Below the pieces are notes generated by a model, which saw only the letters and a list, made by a program, of their open reading frames with translations, was not told the DNA's origin and did not search any database. A stretch of 64,000 nucleotides of DNA, taken from NCBI GenBank assembly GCA_037045225.1, contig JBAOHZ010000008.1:282-64281 (forward strand), written 5' to 3'. Shown piece by piece: positions 1 to 11,383 of the stretch (within the stretch, counting starts at the first letter, position 1; the number at the start of each line of letters is the position of its first letter). A program made the translations under genes and the position numbers. The DNA comes from Nitrospira sp. Lineage in GTDB: Bacteria > Nitrospirota > Nitrospiria > Nitrospirales > Nitrospiraceae.

Positions 1-619
1 TCAAATGCAAAATCGGCAACACGGCTCCGTCGCGGGCGGGATTGAGAAATTTGTTGGAATGCCAACTCGTCGCAAGCGGACCGGTTTCCGCTTCGCCGTC
101 GCCCACCACGGCGGCGACGATCAACTCCGGGTTATCAAACGCTGCCCCGTACGCATGTGAGAGGGAGTACCCCAGCTCGCCGCCCTCGTGAATGGAGCCG
201 GGGGTCTCCGGCGCGACGTGACTCGGGATTCCGCCGGGGAACGAGAACTGGGTGAACAGCCGCTTCATGCCTTCCTCATCCTGGGAGATGTTGGGGTACA
301 CCTCGCTATACGTCCCCTCAAGGTAGGCGTTGGCCACCAGGCCGGGCCCGCCGTGTCCCGGGCCGGTGATATAGATGACGTTCAGGTCCTGTTCCTTGAT
401 GAGCCGGTTGAGATGAACATAGATGAGGTTCAGACCAGGGGTCGTCCCCCAATGACCGAGCAACCGCGGCTTGATGTGCGCGCGCTTGAGCGGCCGTTTC
501 AGCAGCGGATTGTCGTACAGGTAAATTTGGCCGACGGAGAGATAATTGGCCGCGCGCCAGTACGCGTCCATCTTTCGCAGCAACTCCCGGCTCAATCCTT
601 TCTGCGACACTCTGCCCAT
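1..619 (-). CDS. xfp: phosphoketolase (xylulose-5-P/fructose-6-P), N-terminal part; gene continues beyond the left edge
   Basis: Reverse translation from the ATG at 619..617 gives [34 protein letters not shown]...[19 protein letters not shown]...[26 protein letters not shown], the conserved phosphoketolase N-terminal core. It is absent from the ORF track because it is open at the window edge. Track ORF 188..901(+) is its antisense shadow. Confidence 0.85.
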   Translation of the reverse strand, partial: MGRVSQKGLSRELLRKMDAYWRAANYLSVGQIYLYDNPLLKRPLKRAHIKPRLLGHWGTTPGLNLIYVHLNRLIKEQDLNVIYITGPGHGGPGLVANAYLEGTYSEVYPNISQDEEGMKRLFTQFSFPGGIPSHVAPETPGSIHEGGELGYSLSHAYGAAFDNPELIVAAVVGDGEAETGPLATSWHSNKFLNPARDGAVLPILHL

Positions 620-745
620 AAGCCTGACTCCTTCCTTTGGCTGGATCTTCTGTTCAACGTGCAGACGAGGAGCCATGCCGTGCCCGCCTGGTCCGATTCC
701 CACAGGTTTGCCATGGTGAAGTTCTGTCGCTTCTTGCCTTTTGCT

Positions 746-1087
746 TCACTGTGGAAGCGAGCGCACATACGCGAGCACTTCACGGGCCTCCTCATCGGAC
801 AGTACCCACTGCCAGGTTCCCATCGCGGTATTCGTCCTCCCATCATGGATCGTCTTGAGCAAGTCACTATCGAGTTTCTTCCGAACGGAGGCGGAGGTTA
901 GATCGGCAGGCGGTGGGTTGAACAACCGATGGCCGTCTCCCTTTCCACTGGCACCATGGCAGACCATGCAGTACTTCACGTAGAGCTGCTTACCTGGGAC
1001 AGCAGACTCTTTTGCCGCCATGACGCCACCCTCGCATGCGCCCATGAGGACGATGAGGATAAGCAGCGTATGAACTACTGCGTTCAT
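746..1087 (-). CDS. class I c-type cytochrome, secreted
   Basis: Single CMVCH haem-binding motif. Start chosen at MNAVVHTLLILIVLMGA (signal peptide) preceded by AAGGGGAGA; the track ORF extends further, to 1144. Confidence 0.7.
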   Translation of the reverse strand: MNAVVHTLLILIVLMGACEGGVMAAKESAVPGKQLYVKYCMVCHGASGKGDGHRLFNPPPADLTSASVRKKLDSDLLKTIHDGRTNTAMGTWQWVLSDEEAREVLAYVRSLPQ

Positions 1088-1171
1088 CTTCGTCTCCCCT
1101 TCACCGATCGTCGCGATATCGGTAGTCTCTCTCGCCTGGTCCATACATCACTCCTTTCGGTCAGCTCTCGG

Positions 1172-2152
1172 TCAAAACGACAGATACAGTCCTCCACCGA
1201 CCATCTCGATCTTTTGGGCGAAGAACTGCCCGTAGGGAGCGACACCGTGATAATAGTTCAGGAGCAACCTGAAGCGGCGGTCGGTGCCGGCCTTCGACCA
1301 TTCCACACCGCCGATGACGTTGGTATTGATGATCCAATGAAGTTCCTCGAAGGTCTGAAAGTCCGTGCCGAGGACCGGAGTCAGACGAAGTCGAGGCAGT
1401 GATCCCGCCAAGATCGGGGCCACGATGGTTGGTCCTCGTAACTCTATTCCCCAGTGCACCCCGTTCCGGTCCAGGGTGGCCGGTTCCCGGTGAATCAACG
1501 TGCTTCCGCCGGCGTACACCCGTCCCCACCCTCCCGGCGCGTCGAGGGACACGATCGCCTCGACCGCCTCGAAGCTCAGGTTCACCCGATTGAATCCTGG
1601 TCTGCCCAAGAGAAACTCATCGCCCAGGTGACTGCTCTGATGGTACAGCCGCACGCGGGCGGAGATGAGTCCGCTCCGCCACGAGACAGGAATCCCGATT
1701 ATGTAGTCAGCATTGATGAGGTCGGAGGAAGCGGCATCCATATCGAACTGCGCAAAGACACCGGCGAGAATGCCGACCTGCCAGCCGTTGCAACCGTTCC
1801 GCCGTCCGATGAGACCGAAGTTATCGCCGAACCCGACCGATCCGAGATTGGCAGAGGTGTTGTTGGAGCGGATGCGGGTCGCCTGCCAGGAGGCAAAAAA
1901 CTGCGGCTGTTTCGGATCGGCCCAGAGCGGACGAAAGACGTCGTTTTCGGGAAAGGCTTCCATCGCGGACGAACCGTCGCTTGAAGAGACCGTGCCGATT
2001 CCTTCATAGCGACAATCACCATGGGTCGTTTCCTCGGCAGTGGCCGGACCATGGTGACTGAGGGAGAGCAGCGCAAGGACCGTGCATTGCGCAAGCCGCG
2101 AAAGACGACGAGAGTGCTCTTGACCGATTGCTGCGTCGAGAAAGTTCCGCAT
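1172..2152 (-). CDS. DUF1207-like outer-membrane protein
   Basis: Signal peptide after MRNFLDAAIG..., motif FRPLWADPKQPQFFASW, glycine/aromatic-rich strands and a C-terminal ...GGGLYLSF. The upstream part of the track ORF (to 2407) is Arg-rich junk that overlaps the next gene. Confidence 0.5.
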   Translation of the reverse strand: MRNFLDAAIGQEHSRRLSRLAQCTVLALLSLSHHGPATAEETTHGDCRYEGIGTVSSSDGSSAMEAFPENDVFRPLWADPKQPQFFASWQATRIRSNNTSANLGSVGFGDNFGLIGRRNGCNGWQVGILAGVFAQFDMDAASSDLINADYIIGIPVSWRSGLISARVRLYHQSSHLGDEFLLGRPGFNRVNLSFEAVEAIVSLDAPGGWGRVYAGGSTLIHREPATLDRNGVHWGIELRGPTIVAPILAGSLPRLRLTPVLGTDFQTFEELHWIINTNVIGGVEWSKAGTDRRFRLLLNYYHGVAPYGQFFAQKIEMVGGGLYLSF

Positions 2153-2189
2153 GTGATCCGACTCCGGCAAAAACCTCGAAGCGAGCCTG

Positions 2190-3320
2190 TCATCGTTCTG
2201 CGGCCAAACTTGCGCGGAAACGTAACAGAGCCCCGGCAAAAAATACGGCGCCGATTCCGATGATCGCCGCAAACTGCGGCCAGACCACGTCGAAGCCGGC
2301 GCCGCGGTACAGGATGGCCTGAGCCAAACTCGTAAAATGCGTGGTCGGCGCCGCCAGCATGATGGTCTGCACGATCTCCGGCATGCTCTCGCGCGGTGTG
2401 ATGCCACCGGACAGCATCTGCAACGGCAGGATGACGAGAATCATCAGCAGCCCGAATTGCGGCATCGAGCGAGCGACCGTCGCCATGAGGATGCCCATCG
2501 AGGTCGTGGAGAACAGGTGCAGCATCGCCCCGAACAGGAACAACGGGGCGGAACCAGCGATGGGAACCCCCAAGGCTCCCTGCACGACGAACCGCAAGGA
2601 CAACCCGGTACAGATCAATACGACGAAGCCGTTCGCCCACACCTTGGCCGCCATGATCTCAAAGGGAGCGAGAGGCATGACCATCAGATGCTCGAGTGTG
2701 CCGTGCTCGCGTTCCCGAATCAGGGCGGCACCGGTCAGGATGATCGACAACATCGTCACCTGGCTGATGATCTCCATCACGCCGCCGAACCAAACGCCGC
2801 TCAGGTTGGGATTGAACTTCACACGTATCGCGAGCGTAATCGGCAGCACGGTCCCGGTCCGATGGCGCTGGACAACTTCGGCGATTTCACCCGTCACAAT
2901 GTTTTGGATGTAATTCGCGCCGATGAAGGCCTGCGTCATCCGCGTGGCATCGATGTTGACCTGAAGCGCCGGGTGCTTGCCGGCAAGCACGTCCTTTTGA
3001 AAGTCCGGAGGGATATCGAGCACAAACGTGTACTCCCCGGCATCCAGGCCAGGGTCGATCTCGTCCATCGAGATCAGTCGCGGCTGTTTGAAATAGGGAC
3101 CATAGAAGGCGCTGATGATGCGAGCCGAGAGCGGCGACGCATCCTCGTCGACGATGCCGATCGGCGCGTTATGCAGCTCTCGGGATTGAGCCGTCGCAGC
3201 CGAATAAATCATGATCGAGAAACTCGCGAGAATGAAGAAGACCAGAATCTTGTCATGCCCCAGGCTGCGCAATTCTTTGAGCCCCAGCTGGATGATATTG
3301 GATACGTGCGTCATCTTCAT
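2190..3320 (-). CDS. ABC-2 type transporter permease (YhhJ-like)
   Basis: N-terminal TM helix, large periplasmic loop, then a 5-TM ABC-2 core. It overlaps the stop of the upstream RbbA-like gene by 4 nt. Confidence 0.8.
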   Translation of the reverse strand: MKMTHVSNIIQLGLKELRSLGHDKILVFFILASFSIMIYSAATAQSRELHNAPIGIVDEDASPLSARIISAFYGPYFKQPRLISMDEIDPGLDAGEYTFVLDIPPDFQKDVLAGKHPALQVNIDATRMTQAFIGANYIQNIVTGEIAEVVQRHRTGTVLPITLAIRVKFNPNLSGVWFGGVMEIISQVTMLSIILTGAALIREREHGTLEHLMVMPLAPFEIMAAKVWANGFVVLICTGLSLRFVVQGALGVPIAGSAPLFLFGAMLHLFSTTSMGILMATVARSMPQFGLLMILVILPLQMLSGGITPRESMPEIVQTIMLAAPTTHFTSLAQAILYRGAGFDVVWPQFAAIIGIGAVFFAGALLRFRASLAAER

Positions 3321-6064
3321 GTGCCCTGTTTTTTCAGCAAGACCACGCTGAGCAGAGTCAAGACCGGGATGAAAATCGCCAAGGCCATCAGGTACCCATA
3401 GAGGTCCCAGAAGTCTAGGCCCTTGGTAAAGGTCCCGCGACTGATCACGAGGAAATAGGTCGCCGGCCAGACCTGGCCGATAAGTGCGCCGATCCCCTCA
3501 AGCGAGGACACCGGATCGGTCAACCCCGAAAACTGGACCGTGGGCAGCATCGTCAAGATCGCTGTCCCGGCCACTGCACCGATCTGGCTACGGGTGAACG
3601 CGGACATCAGCAAGCCGATTCCCGTCGTGACGATCACATACAGAACTCCTCCCAACGTCAGCGTGATAAAACTTCCCTTGAGAGACACGTTGAACGCCAC
3701 GACCGCCAAGGCGACGAGGCCGAAGAAGCTGACCATGCTGAGGGCGACGTAGGGGAGCTGTTTTCCCAGCAGGAACTCCAGGCGTGTGACCGGCGTCACA
3801 TACAGATTCGTGATGGAGCCGAGCTCTTTCTCCCGCACCACGCCGAGGGCCGTCATGAGAGCCGGAATGAAAACCAATAACAGCGGAATCACCGCCGGAA
3901 CCATCGATTCCAGACTTTTGAAGTCCTGGTTGTAGCGGTAGCGCATCTCGAGATCGGCGAGGCCGGTCTGTGGCTGAGCGCCATCCGTGCGACGGGCGAG
4001 GTCGGCGAGGTACTGATAGTGCATGCCTTGTACGTATCCCTTGATGGTCTCGCCCCGGAACGGACTGGCGCCGTCGACCCACACGCCGACCTCGGTCCGG
4101 CGCCCTCGCTTCAGATCCCGTCCGAACCCCTCAGGGATCTCGATCGCCACGCTCAACTCGGCGCTGCGCATCCGCCGGTCCAGTTCCGCATCATCGGTGA
4201 TGAACGGACGCTCGATGAAGTAGCGTGAGCCGGCGAGATTCTGAATGTAGTCCCGGCTCTGCGGCGTTCGGTCACGGTCCAGGGCGGCGAAGCGCAGGTC
4301 CTCCACGTCCATGGTAATGCCATACCCGAGAATGAACATGAGCAGCACCGATCCCAGCAGCGCGAACGTAAGCCGGATGGGGTCCCGTTTCAGCTCCATG
4401 GCCTCGCGGTGGGCATAGGCGAACAGCCGCATGGGGCTGAACGCCCTGCCACGATCAGCTCGTGCGGGTCCCGCTGCGGAAGGCATTGTCCGGGCGGCTT
4501 CCTCAATACCCTCTTTCTGGGTCGCCTCTCCGCTTGCTTCTTCGAGATAGCCGATAAAGGCCTCCTCGAGGTTCGCAACGCCGCGAGTACGGATCACGCC
4601 TTCGGGCGTGTCGCTCACCAGCACACGCCCCGCGTGCATCAGCGAGATACGGTCGCAACGTTCCCCTTCGTTCATAAAGTGGGTGGAGATGAAGATCGTC
4701 ACGTTGTCCTTGCGGGAGAGTTCGATCAGCAATTCCCAGAACCCGTCGCGAGCGACCGGATCGACGCCGGATGTCGGCTCATCCAGGATCAACACCTCCG
4801 GCTGGTGGACCACCGCCACGGCGAGGGAGAGACGTTGGCGAATTCCCAACGGCAGCGCCTCCGCCAGATCATCCAAATAGTCTTTCAGCTTAAACCGCTG
4901 GGTGAGTTCGGACACGCGTCCTGGGATCTTCTCCGGCTGGAGGTGGAAGAGGCGGGCATGCAGCTCCAGGTTTTGCCGCACCGTGAGTTCGCTGTAGAGA
5001 GAAAACGCCTGGGACATGAAGCCGACACGCTTGCGTGTCTCCAGATCCTGGGCGTTCACCGGCCGGTCGAACAGCCTGGCATCTCCTTCCGATGCGGGCA
5101 GCAGGCCGGTGAGCATCTTCATCGTGGTGGTCTTGCCACAGCCGTTCGACCCGAGGAAGCCGAAGATCTCGCCGCGCTCGATGCGAAAACTCACATGATC
5201 GACCGCCGTAAACGTGCCGAACCGCATCGTGAGTTCATGCGCTTCGATCGCCGGCGGGCCCTCGTGTCTCCGGCGGGGAGGTATCGCGATGGCGCTGTGG
5301 CCCCGGCGTTTCTCTTCGGGGAGCAATGAGACAAAGGCGTCTTCCAACGTGCGGACGTTCAGGCGACCCTTCAGTTCCGCCGGGCTCCCTGTCGCAAGGA
5401 CCTTCCCCGCGTCCATGGCCACCAGCCAGTCGAATCGCTCAGCCTCCTCCATGTAGGCGGTGGCCACGAGTACGCTCATCCCCGCGCGCCGCTTCCTGAT
5501 CCGATCAACAAGGTCCCAGAACTGCCGGCGCGACAACGGATCAACTCCGGTGGTCGGTTCATCCAGAATCAACAGATCGGGGTCGTGAATCAGCGAGCAA
5601 CATAAGCCCAGTTTCTGTTTCATGCCGCCCGATAACTTCCCGGCGGGACGGTCCCGAAACGGTGTCAACCCCGTGCTGTGCAGCAAGTCCTTGATCCGCC
5701 ATTCGCGCTCCTCACGGTTCTGCCCGAATAGGCGGCCGAAGAAATCCACGTTTTCGAACACGGAGAGGGTCGCATAGAGGTTGCCTCCCAATCCCTGAGG
5801 CATATAGGCGATTCGCGGATAGACCTCGGTGCGATGGCGCACCGTCCCCATATCGCCACCGAGGACGTCGACCCGACCACTTTGAATTTTTTTCGCGCCG
5901 GCGAGCAAACCCAACAGACTGGATTTGCCGACTCCGTCCGGCCCGAGGAACCCCACCATGCCTCCGGCCGGAATGTCCAACGTCACCCCATCCACGGCAG
6001 TGGTGTCCCCATACCGATGGGTCACATCGGTAAGACGAGCCACTATGGTCGATGATGCACTCAT
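3317..6064 (-). CDS. rbbA: fused double-ATPase plus ABC-2 permease (RbbA/YhiH-like)
   Basis: Two nucleotide-binding domains ([11 protein letters not shown]...LSGGMKQK...[11 protein letters not shown] and [12 protein letters not shown]...[11 protein letters not shown]) followed by an ABC-2 membrane domain. The start at MSASS makes an ATGA overlap with the HlyD-family gene stop at 6061..6064. Confidence 0.85.
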   Translation of the reverse strand: MSASSTIVARLTDVTHRYGDTTAVDGVTLDIPAGGMVGFLGPDGVGKSSLLGLLAGAKKIQSGRVDVLGGDMGTVRHRTEVYPRIAYMPQGLGGNLYATLSVFENVDFFGRLFGQNREEREWRIKDLLHSTGLTPFRDRPAGKLSGGMKQKLGLCCSLIHDPDLLILDEPTTGVDPLSRRQFWDLVDRIRKRRAGMSVLVATAYMEEAERFDWLVAMDAGKVLATGSPAELKGRLNVRTLEDAFVSLLPEEKRRGHSAIAIPPRRRHEGPPAIEAHELTMRFGTFTAVDHVSFRIERGEIFGFLGSNGCGKTTTMKMLTGLLPASEGDARLFDRPVNAQDLETRKRVGFMSQAFSLYSELTVRQNLELHARLFHLQPEKIPGRVSELTQRFKLKDYLDDLAEALPLGIRQRLSLAVAVVHQPEVLILDEPTSGVDPVARDGFWELLIELSRKDNVTIFISTHFMNEGERCDRISLMHAGRVLVSDTPEGVIRTRGVANLEEAFIGYLEEASGEATQKEGIEEAARTMPSAAGPARADRGRAFSPMRLFAYAHREAMELKRDPIRLTFALLGSVLLMFILGYGITMDVEDLRFAALDRDRTPQSRDYIQNLAGSRYFIERPFITDDAELDRRMRSAELSVAIEIPEGFGRDLKRGRRTEVGVWVDGASPFRGETIKGYVQGMHYQYLADLARRTDGAQPQTGLADLEMRYRYNQDFKSLESMVPAVIPLLLVFIPALMTALGVVREKELGSITNLYVTPVTRLEFLLGKQLPYVALSMVSFFGLVALAVVAFNVSLKGSFITLTLGGVLYVIVTTGIGLLMSAFTRSQIGAVAGTAILTMLPTVQFSGLTDPVSSLEGIGALIGQVWPATYFLVISRGTFTKGLDFWDLYGYLMALAIFIPVLTLLSVVLLKKQGT

Positions 6065-7071
6065 GGGACGAGCTTCGTGTGAAGATATGAGGGCCATGGA
6101 GCGGCGGAGTCGAGTTGCACATAGGCCACCCCGGGAAGTCCCGGTTTGACGAGGGCTTCATGGCCTTTGACCAACTCCGGATCGATTTTGACTTTGATCC
6201 GAAACATCAGCTTCTCGCGTTCCGACCTGGTCTCCACCTCCTTCGGGGTGAACTGCGCCTTATCCGCGACAAACGAAACCGCCGCGGGGATGACGAGATC
6301 CGGCGCCGCATCGAGTGTAATCCTCGCCTGGGCTCCCAGCGCTATTTTCCCCGCCACCGCGGCGGGCAGGAACACCGTCATGTAGACATCGGTCGGATCG
6401 ATGAGCGTCAAGACCTTTCCTCCGGCCGCCAGCACCTCGCCTGGTTCGGCCAACCGGAATTGGACCCGGCCGCTCCGCGGGGCCAGCAGCACGCTCTCCT
6501 TGAGGTCGGCCTGAATCCGATCCATTTGGGCGAGGCTCGCCTCGATGGCCGCTGCCGCCTCGGCCAGTTGGGCCTCGGCCTGGGAGGTGGCGGCCTTGGC
6601 CGTTTTCATCTGAGCCTGGGCGCGGTCGTAGTCCTTCACGGAGATGTTGGCGTTGACGTACAGCGCCTGCGCCCGCTCCAGATCCCGCTCAGCCAACAAC
6701 TCTTCGCTTCGCTGTCGAGCGATTCCCGCCTGGGCCGTGACTTTGCCTTGTCTGGATCGCTGGATTTGCGCCTGCGCCTCTCTCAACTGAGCGTTCAGGG
6801 AACTGGTGTCCATGCGCGCCAGCGCTTCCCCGGCTTGAACCGTCTTGCCTTCATCGACCAGCACCGCCGCAATGCGGCCGGGAAACTTGGTGGCCACATC
6901 GATCTCCTGCACTTCGAGCCGTCCATTCCCGCTGCCGAATCCGATCAGCGGCGGAGTACGGAGATAGAACCACCATACGGACGTTCCCGCCGCGATCAAC
7001 AGGATGAGGACGGTGCCTCCGATGAGGCGTCGGGTCATGTTCGGATTCGGCATGGGCTCACCCTCTGGCAA
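6061..7071 (-). CDS. HlyD-family periplasmic adaptor (YhiI/YbhG-like)
   Basis: N-terminal TM anchor, lipoyl-like segments flanking a long Ala/Gln-rich coiled coil, and a C-terminal beta-barrel domain. Operon position is between the TolC-like and RbbA-like genes. Confidence 0.85.
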   Translation of the reverse strand: MPEGEPMPNPNMTRRLIGGTVLILLIAAGTSVWWFYLRTPPLIGFGSGNGRLEVQEIDVATKFPGRIAAVLVDEGKTVQAGEALARMDTSSLNAQLREAQAQIQRSRQGKVTAQAGIARQRSEELLAERDLERAQALYVNANISVKDYDRAQAQMKTAKAATSQAEAQLAEAAAAIEASLAQMDRIQADLKESVLLAPRSGRVQFRLAEPGEVLAAGGKVLTLIDPTDVYMTVFLPAAVAGKIALGAQARITLDAAPDLVIPAAVSFVADKAQFTPKEVETRSEREKLMFRIKVKIDPELVKGHEALVKPGLPGVAYVQLDSAAPWPSYLHTKLVP

Positions 7072-9492
7072 TCAGTTGCGTTGTTGTCGGTGCGCCACCG
7101 GCGACACCCCGGCGTTCATATAGAACGACTTCAACCGCTCGAACCAGGCGGTCCGCTCTTCCGAACTCTGAAAGAAGCTCATCTGTCCCACCGCCCGCTG
7201 CACCCCCATCAAATCGATCAGGAAATCGTACACGGCGTTGGCCGCCGCTTCGTTCGCCGCTATCGCGGCGTTCTGCGAATTCAGCAGCTTGATGATGTCG
7301 ACCGCTCCCCTCGAGTACTGGTCCACAACGAGATCCAAGTTCTTGCGGGCCGACTCGGCCGCTTTCCGCGAGAGTCGGATGCTGGGGAATGAAGCACCGG
7401 TTTGATACAGCGCCGTGCGGACTCGCTGATCCACTTGTTGTGCGGCTGCGGTCCGTTCGATCTGAATCTGGCGCAGTTCTTCACGGGCCTTCAACGCAGT
7501 GGCGCTTTTATTCCCGCCTTGGAACAGCGGAAAAGTCAGGCCGATACTCGCCACATAAAAATTGTTCTGCGTCTGTGCAAAGCCGACCGGCCCTAGCGGA
7601 ACGGTCAGGCTCCCCGCGCCGCCTCCCCCTTGGGCATACTGCTGGAACCCTGCGCCCTGCAGGGCGATCTCCGGGACCCAAAAGGCTCGTTGGGCGTTCG
7701 TGAGGGTCCGTTCCTTCGCCGCGATCAACGCATCCAGCCGCCGCAACTCGGGAGCCGCCTTGATCCCTTCTTCGACTTCGAAGTCTCGGTACACCTGAAA
7801 CCCCCGCGGGTTCTCGATGTACTCGAACAGCTGACGCGTATCGCCCAGCAGAGCGGGATCTTCCAGGGTTTGCTCCACCGTGGAAAACGTTTCCTCCAAG
7901 GGCCGGTTGAGCACTCGGTTCAAGGACACCTCCGCCTGCCGTTCTTGCGCCGCGGCGGACAGGACGGATTTTTGTCCGTTGGCCACCTCTGCTTCCCATC
8001 GAAAGACCTCGTCCCGCAAGGCATAGCCGACGGATTCACGGGCGGCGGCCAAATCGAGATTGGAACGCGTCAGCTTGAGATTGTCTTTTTGGATACGTTG
8101 CACGGTCTTTGTCCGAAGCACGGTCAGATAGGCGACCGCGGCAGTTTGAGCGGTATCCAGTCGCAACTGGTTCCGCTCCTCTTCACGCGACAGTTGCGTC
8201 TTCTGCTCGACCGTATAACGGGACCAGGCATCGTCCGAATAGAGGAGCTGGCGGAATCCGCCGATGGCGATGGCCGCTTGCCCGGGGGTCCCGCCTGTCC
8301 CAAATGTGTCGGGGCCTCGACCGTTGAGGACGCCGGAGGTGCCCACGAGGACCTGAGGCAGAAGGCCGGACCGTGCCTGACCGACCTGCCCGAGTCCCGC
8401 CTCCACCTTCCGGTTCGCGGCAGCCAGGTCCAGGTTCCCTTCCATGGCGTGGCGTACCGCATCGAATAATGCGAGGCGTCGCGAGGTATTGGTGACATCC
8501 TCGTTCACCAGCTCCGCCTCGCTGAGCACTTGGAAACTCGGCCACTTGTCGATGGCCCGCACCGTCGCCATGTTGATGGAGAGCTGCTCGCCCTGAGCAA
8601 AGGCGGTCTCAATCCGTCCTGCGTCGGTTCCCGAGAGAATGCGCTGGACATTCGCTGCAATCGTCCGCGCCATTCGGCGCACATCCAACTCAGGCGACAG
8701 GGCGACGGACACGCCTCGTTGGACGTCGCGCTGTCCCGAGGACGAAAAGCTGGGGAGACGACGAGCCGTGAGACCGGCCACGAGGTGGTCGAATTCGGCC
8801 GAAGGGAGGCGTACCAGCGGCGACAGGTACACGGCTTCCGTGTTCGGAGGGATTGCGGCAAGGGCCGCTTGACCGGAGCTATCGACGGGAATCACTGCGA
8901 GTTGGACCGCTTGTGCTTCCGCGATCTTGCGGGCGCGAGCTTGGAACAGCGGGAAGGTTTCCAGCAGGACGCGATCAACCAGCACACTTAACCGCCTAAA
9001 GGGAAACACCTCTTTGAACGCGGTGAGATTCCGATCGAAACTCTTCAAGGATACGAGGTAGTTCAGGTTCTTGACGCCGCTCGTTCCCTTTTTAAAGGGC
9101 AAGCCCTGCAACTGCTGATCGAGCACGAAGGGAGCGATCACCGGTTTGGACAACGGCTTCCGTTGACTCACTTCGTGCGAGGCGAGGATACCGAGCGCGA
9201 TGATGAGATCGACACGAGGCTGAGCCAGCAAGCGATCGACGGCTTGATTCACTCCCTTCGCCGACCATCCCCCCTGCAACTGTCCCTCGTCGGGGAACCG
9301 CACGTCGAACTCCCGGCTGGTCAGTTCGACGATCTCCTTCCGGATGAGGTCGCGGAATTCCGGCACGAGATCCGACGGTCCGTCCCGGACAATCCCAATC
9401 TGGACCACCGGCAACGGCTTGGTCTCCGCTTCCCTGCTCCAGAACAGGGCCAGCCCGATGCCGACGATGGAAAGCCACGTGTTGAGACGCAT
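7072..9492 (-). CDS. TolC-family outer-membrane channel fused to an N-terminal periplasmic-binding-protein-like domain
   Basis: 806 aa. Residues from about 340 to the end show the duplicated TolC-type helical/beta repeat pattern. Residues about 25-330 resemble the ABC-transporter substrate-binding fold of the PF04392 type (QIGIVRDGP...VDLIIALGILAS...NVQRILSGTDAGRIETAF...LSINMATVRAI). Confidence 0.75.
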   Translation of the reverse strand: MRLNTWLSIVGIGLALFWSREAETKPLPVVQIGIVRDGPSDLVPEFRDLIRKEIVELTSREFDVRFPDEGQLQGGWSAKGVNQAVDRLLAQPRVDLIIALGILASHEVSQRKPLSKPVIAPFVLDQQLQGLPFKKGTSGVKNLNYLVSLKSFDRNLTAFKEVFPFRRLSVLVDRVLLETFPLFQARARKIAEAQAVQLAVIPVDSSGQAALAAIPPNTEAVYLSPLVRLPSAEFDHLVAGLTARRLPSFSSSGQRDVQRGVSVALSPELDVRRMARTIAANVQRILSGTDAGRIETAFAQGEQLSINMATVRAIDKWPSFQVLSEAELVNEDVTNTSRRLALFDAVRHAMEGNLDLAAANRKVEAGLGQVGQARSGLLPQVLVGTSGVLNGRGPDTFGTGGTPGQAAIAIGGFRQLLYSDDAWSRYTVEQKTQLSREEERNQLRLDTAQTAAVAYLTVLRTKTVQRIQKDNLKLTRSNLDLAAARESVGYALRDEVFRWEAEVANGQKSVLSAAAQERQAEVSLNRVLNRPLEETFSTVEQTLEDPALLGDTRQLFEYIENPRGFQVYRDFEVEEGIKAAPELRRLDALIAAKERTLTNAQRAFWVPEIALQGAGFQQYAQGGGGAGSLTVPLGPVGFAQTQNNFYVASIGLTFPLFQGGNKSATALKAREELRQIQIERTAAAQQVDQRVRTALYQTGASFPSIRLSRKAAESARKNLDLVVDQYSRGAVDIIKLLNSQNAAIAANEAAANAVYDFLIDLMGVQRAVGQMSFFQSSEERTAWFERLKSFYMNAGVSPVAHRQQRN

Positions 9493-9585
9493 AAGCCGTC
9501 ACTCCCTCGACAACAGGGTTGCTTCTCCCTTCCCGATTCCGTTTCCGATTCGGATCGTCGCTCAACGCGAGGGCACCTCTCCGCC

Positions 9586-9607
9586 CCTGCACCGTCGACG
9601 GTGCAGG
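9586..9607. terminator. perfect 22-bp palindrome between the ADH stop and the TolC-fusion start (possible terminator or operator)
   Basis: CCTGCACCGTCGACGGTGCAGG is its own reverse complement. There is no adjacent T-run, so terminator function is uncertain. Confidence 0.3.
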
Positions 9608-9623
9608 TTGCGAAAGGGCCTCC

Positions 9624-10688
9624 TCACGCAAAGGTAATGAGCGGCTTCAAAATTCCATCAGCCTTCGTTCTCATCAGCTCGAACGCCTGCTCCACATCGT
9701 GGAATGTGAATCGATGGGTCGTCAGGGGGAGCGGATTGACGCGCCCGGTTTCCATGAGGCGCATCAGCCGTTTCATCCGTTCTGCTCCACCGGGGCAAAG
9801 CCCCGTCCTGATGACCTTGTCGCCCATGCCGACGCCCCATTCCTTGCGGGGCATCTGCACGTAGTCTCCATGCCCGTGATAGCCCACATTGGAGATGGTC
9901 CCGCCCGGACGGGTCGCCTTGATACAGGCCTCGAACGTCGCCTGAGCCCCGAGGGCCTCTATTGTGGAATCCACGCCTTGGCCGCCCGTCAGATCCAGAA
10001 TGGCGTGAACGGGATCCTGCTCTGTGAAGTCGATCACGACATCGGCTCCGAAGTCTTTCGCCAGTTGCTTCCGCTGCGGAACCGATTCCACCGCAATGAC
10101 CAGGCCGGCGCCCAACAACCGGGCTCCCGCCGTAGCCATGAGTCCGACCGGGCCCTGGGCGAAGACCGCCACCGTGCCGCCGATGGGAATATTCGCATGC
10201 TCGGCCCCCATGAATCCGGTCGACATCATGTCGGAGCAGTAGGCGGCCTGCTCATCGGTGAGTGTCGCGGGAATCGGCGCCAGGTTCGCTTGCGCGCTGT
10301 TGACGTGGAAATATTCGGCAAGGTTTCCGTCTTTCACGTTCGCAAACTTCCACCCGCCGAGCATCTCTTGACACTGCGAGGTGTAGCCGCGCAGGCAATT
10401 CTCGCACTGGTAACAGGGGGTGATCGCATTGACGGCCACCCGGTCTCCCTCCCGGAACCCCTTGACCGCGCTGCCCAGTTTGTAAATGACTCCGACGGCT
10501 TCATGGCCCAGAGTCAGGTTGGTGCGTTCTCCGATCGCCCCGCCGACGGTATGGACATCCGACGTGCAGACGAGCGCGGCGGTGGTTTTGACGATCGCAT
10601 CGTTCGGTCCCGGATCAGCGATGGGTTTTTCCATCATCCCCACCGAGCCGATCTTTTTCATGACGAATGTGTTCATGGTTTGAGGCAT
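9624..10688 (-). CDS. adh: NADP-dependent Zn alcohol dehydrogenase (secondary-alcohol / TbADH-CbADH type)
   Basis: Near-colinear with the Thermoanaerobacter/Clostridium secondary ADH pattern: CTSDVHTV, GHEAVG, GGWKFANVKDG..AEYFHVN, DMMSTGFMGAE, GPVGLMA, LCPGG. Confidence 0.9.
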   Translation of the reverse strand: MPQTMNTFVMKKIGSVGMMEKPIADPGPNDAIVKTTAALVCTSDVHTVGGAIGERTNLTLGHEAVGVIYKLGSAVKGFREGDRVAVNAITPCYQCENCLRGYTSQCQEMLGGWKFANVKDGNLAEYFHVNSAQANLAPIPATLTDEQAAYCSDMMSTGFMGAEHANIPIGGTVAVFAQGPVGLMATAGARLLGAGLVIAVESVPQRKQLAKDFGADVVIDFTEQDPVHAILDLTGGQGVDSTIEALGAQATFEACIKATRPGGTISNVGYHGHGDYVQMPRKEWGVGMGDKVIRTGLCPGGAERMKRLMRLMETGRVNPLPLTTHRFTFHDVEQAFELMRTKADGILKPLITFA

Positions 10689-11383
10689 GATTGCGTTCTT
10701 CCACTTATAACTGCCAAAATTTGCACACGCTCGTCAAGGCAAAACCTGGGCCCGGTCGTGCTTTCGCAGCAGATCATGTCAGGTTTTCTGTACGTGACTT
10801 CCCCTGCAGCCTATCTTATCCGGCGACTCAAACACTCGTGTGGTACCGCTCTTCGAGGAGCCTATCATTCGACGTTGAACCTGATAGAGACGTGCCCTTT
10901 TGCGATGAGGATGAGCCTGCCCTCCCGACTCAATCGGTCGATCGGAAGGAAGATTTGGTTCCACGTAAGGTCCTGACAGTCGAGAACGATATCGCCCGAC
11001 ATGCTGCCGGACGATCGACGAATGACTTCAAGTATTCGACTATCCGAATCACCTGCTGTCTCCCTCTGTTCGCCCACTGATGCCCTGTGACATGTGGAAT
11101 CTCTCCTTGCAACTCAGCTGCCATGAGCGGAGAAAAGAGAAAACGATTTAATGAGACGGTATACACAACGACGAGTTAGACCGGTCGAGAAAGATCTGCT
11201 GAAATTGCATCAGATGGAGGATTGTGGCGTTTCGGGCCAAACACGATGAGAGGACTGTGGTGTTGCGGGTCACACGCGAGGAATGCAAGACGTGCGTTTA
11301 AGTATCTCTAAGGAACGCCTGCATGATTCTGCGACACTTCCCCCTTCCTTCTTCTCCCGGAATTGCGACGCTGCCGGACCGAT

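Noticed and set aside
188-901. Long plus-strand ORFs opposite well-supported minus-strand genes: 188-901, 2337-3401, 4409-5329, 6115-7392, 7630-8469, 9519-10976, 13431-14933 and 15844-16386.
   Set aside because: They are Arg/Gly/His-rich antisense shadows typical of high-GC DNA. Each overlaps a gene with clear family motifs on the other strand.
10865-11166. Two overlapping small minus-strand ORFs (70 and 78 aa) between the ArnT-like gene and the ADH gene.
   Set aside because: No motif was recognised and the two ORFs are mutually exclusive. I cannot decide whether either is real.
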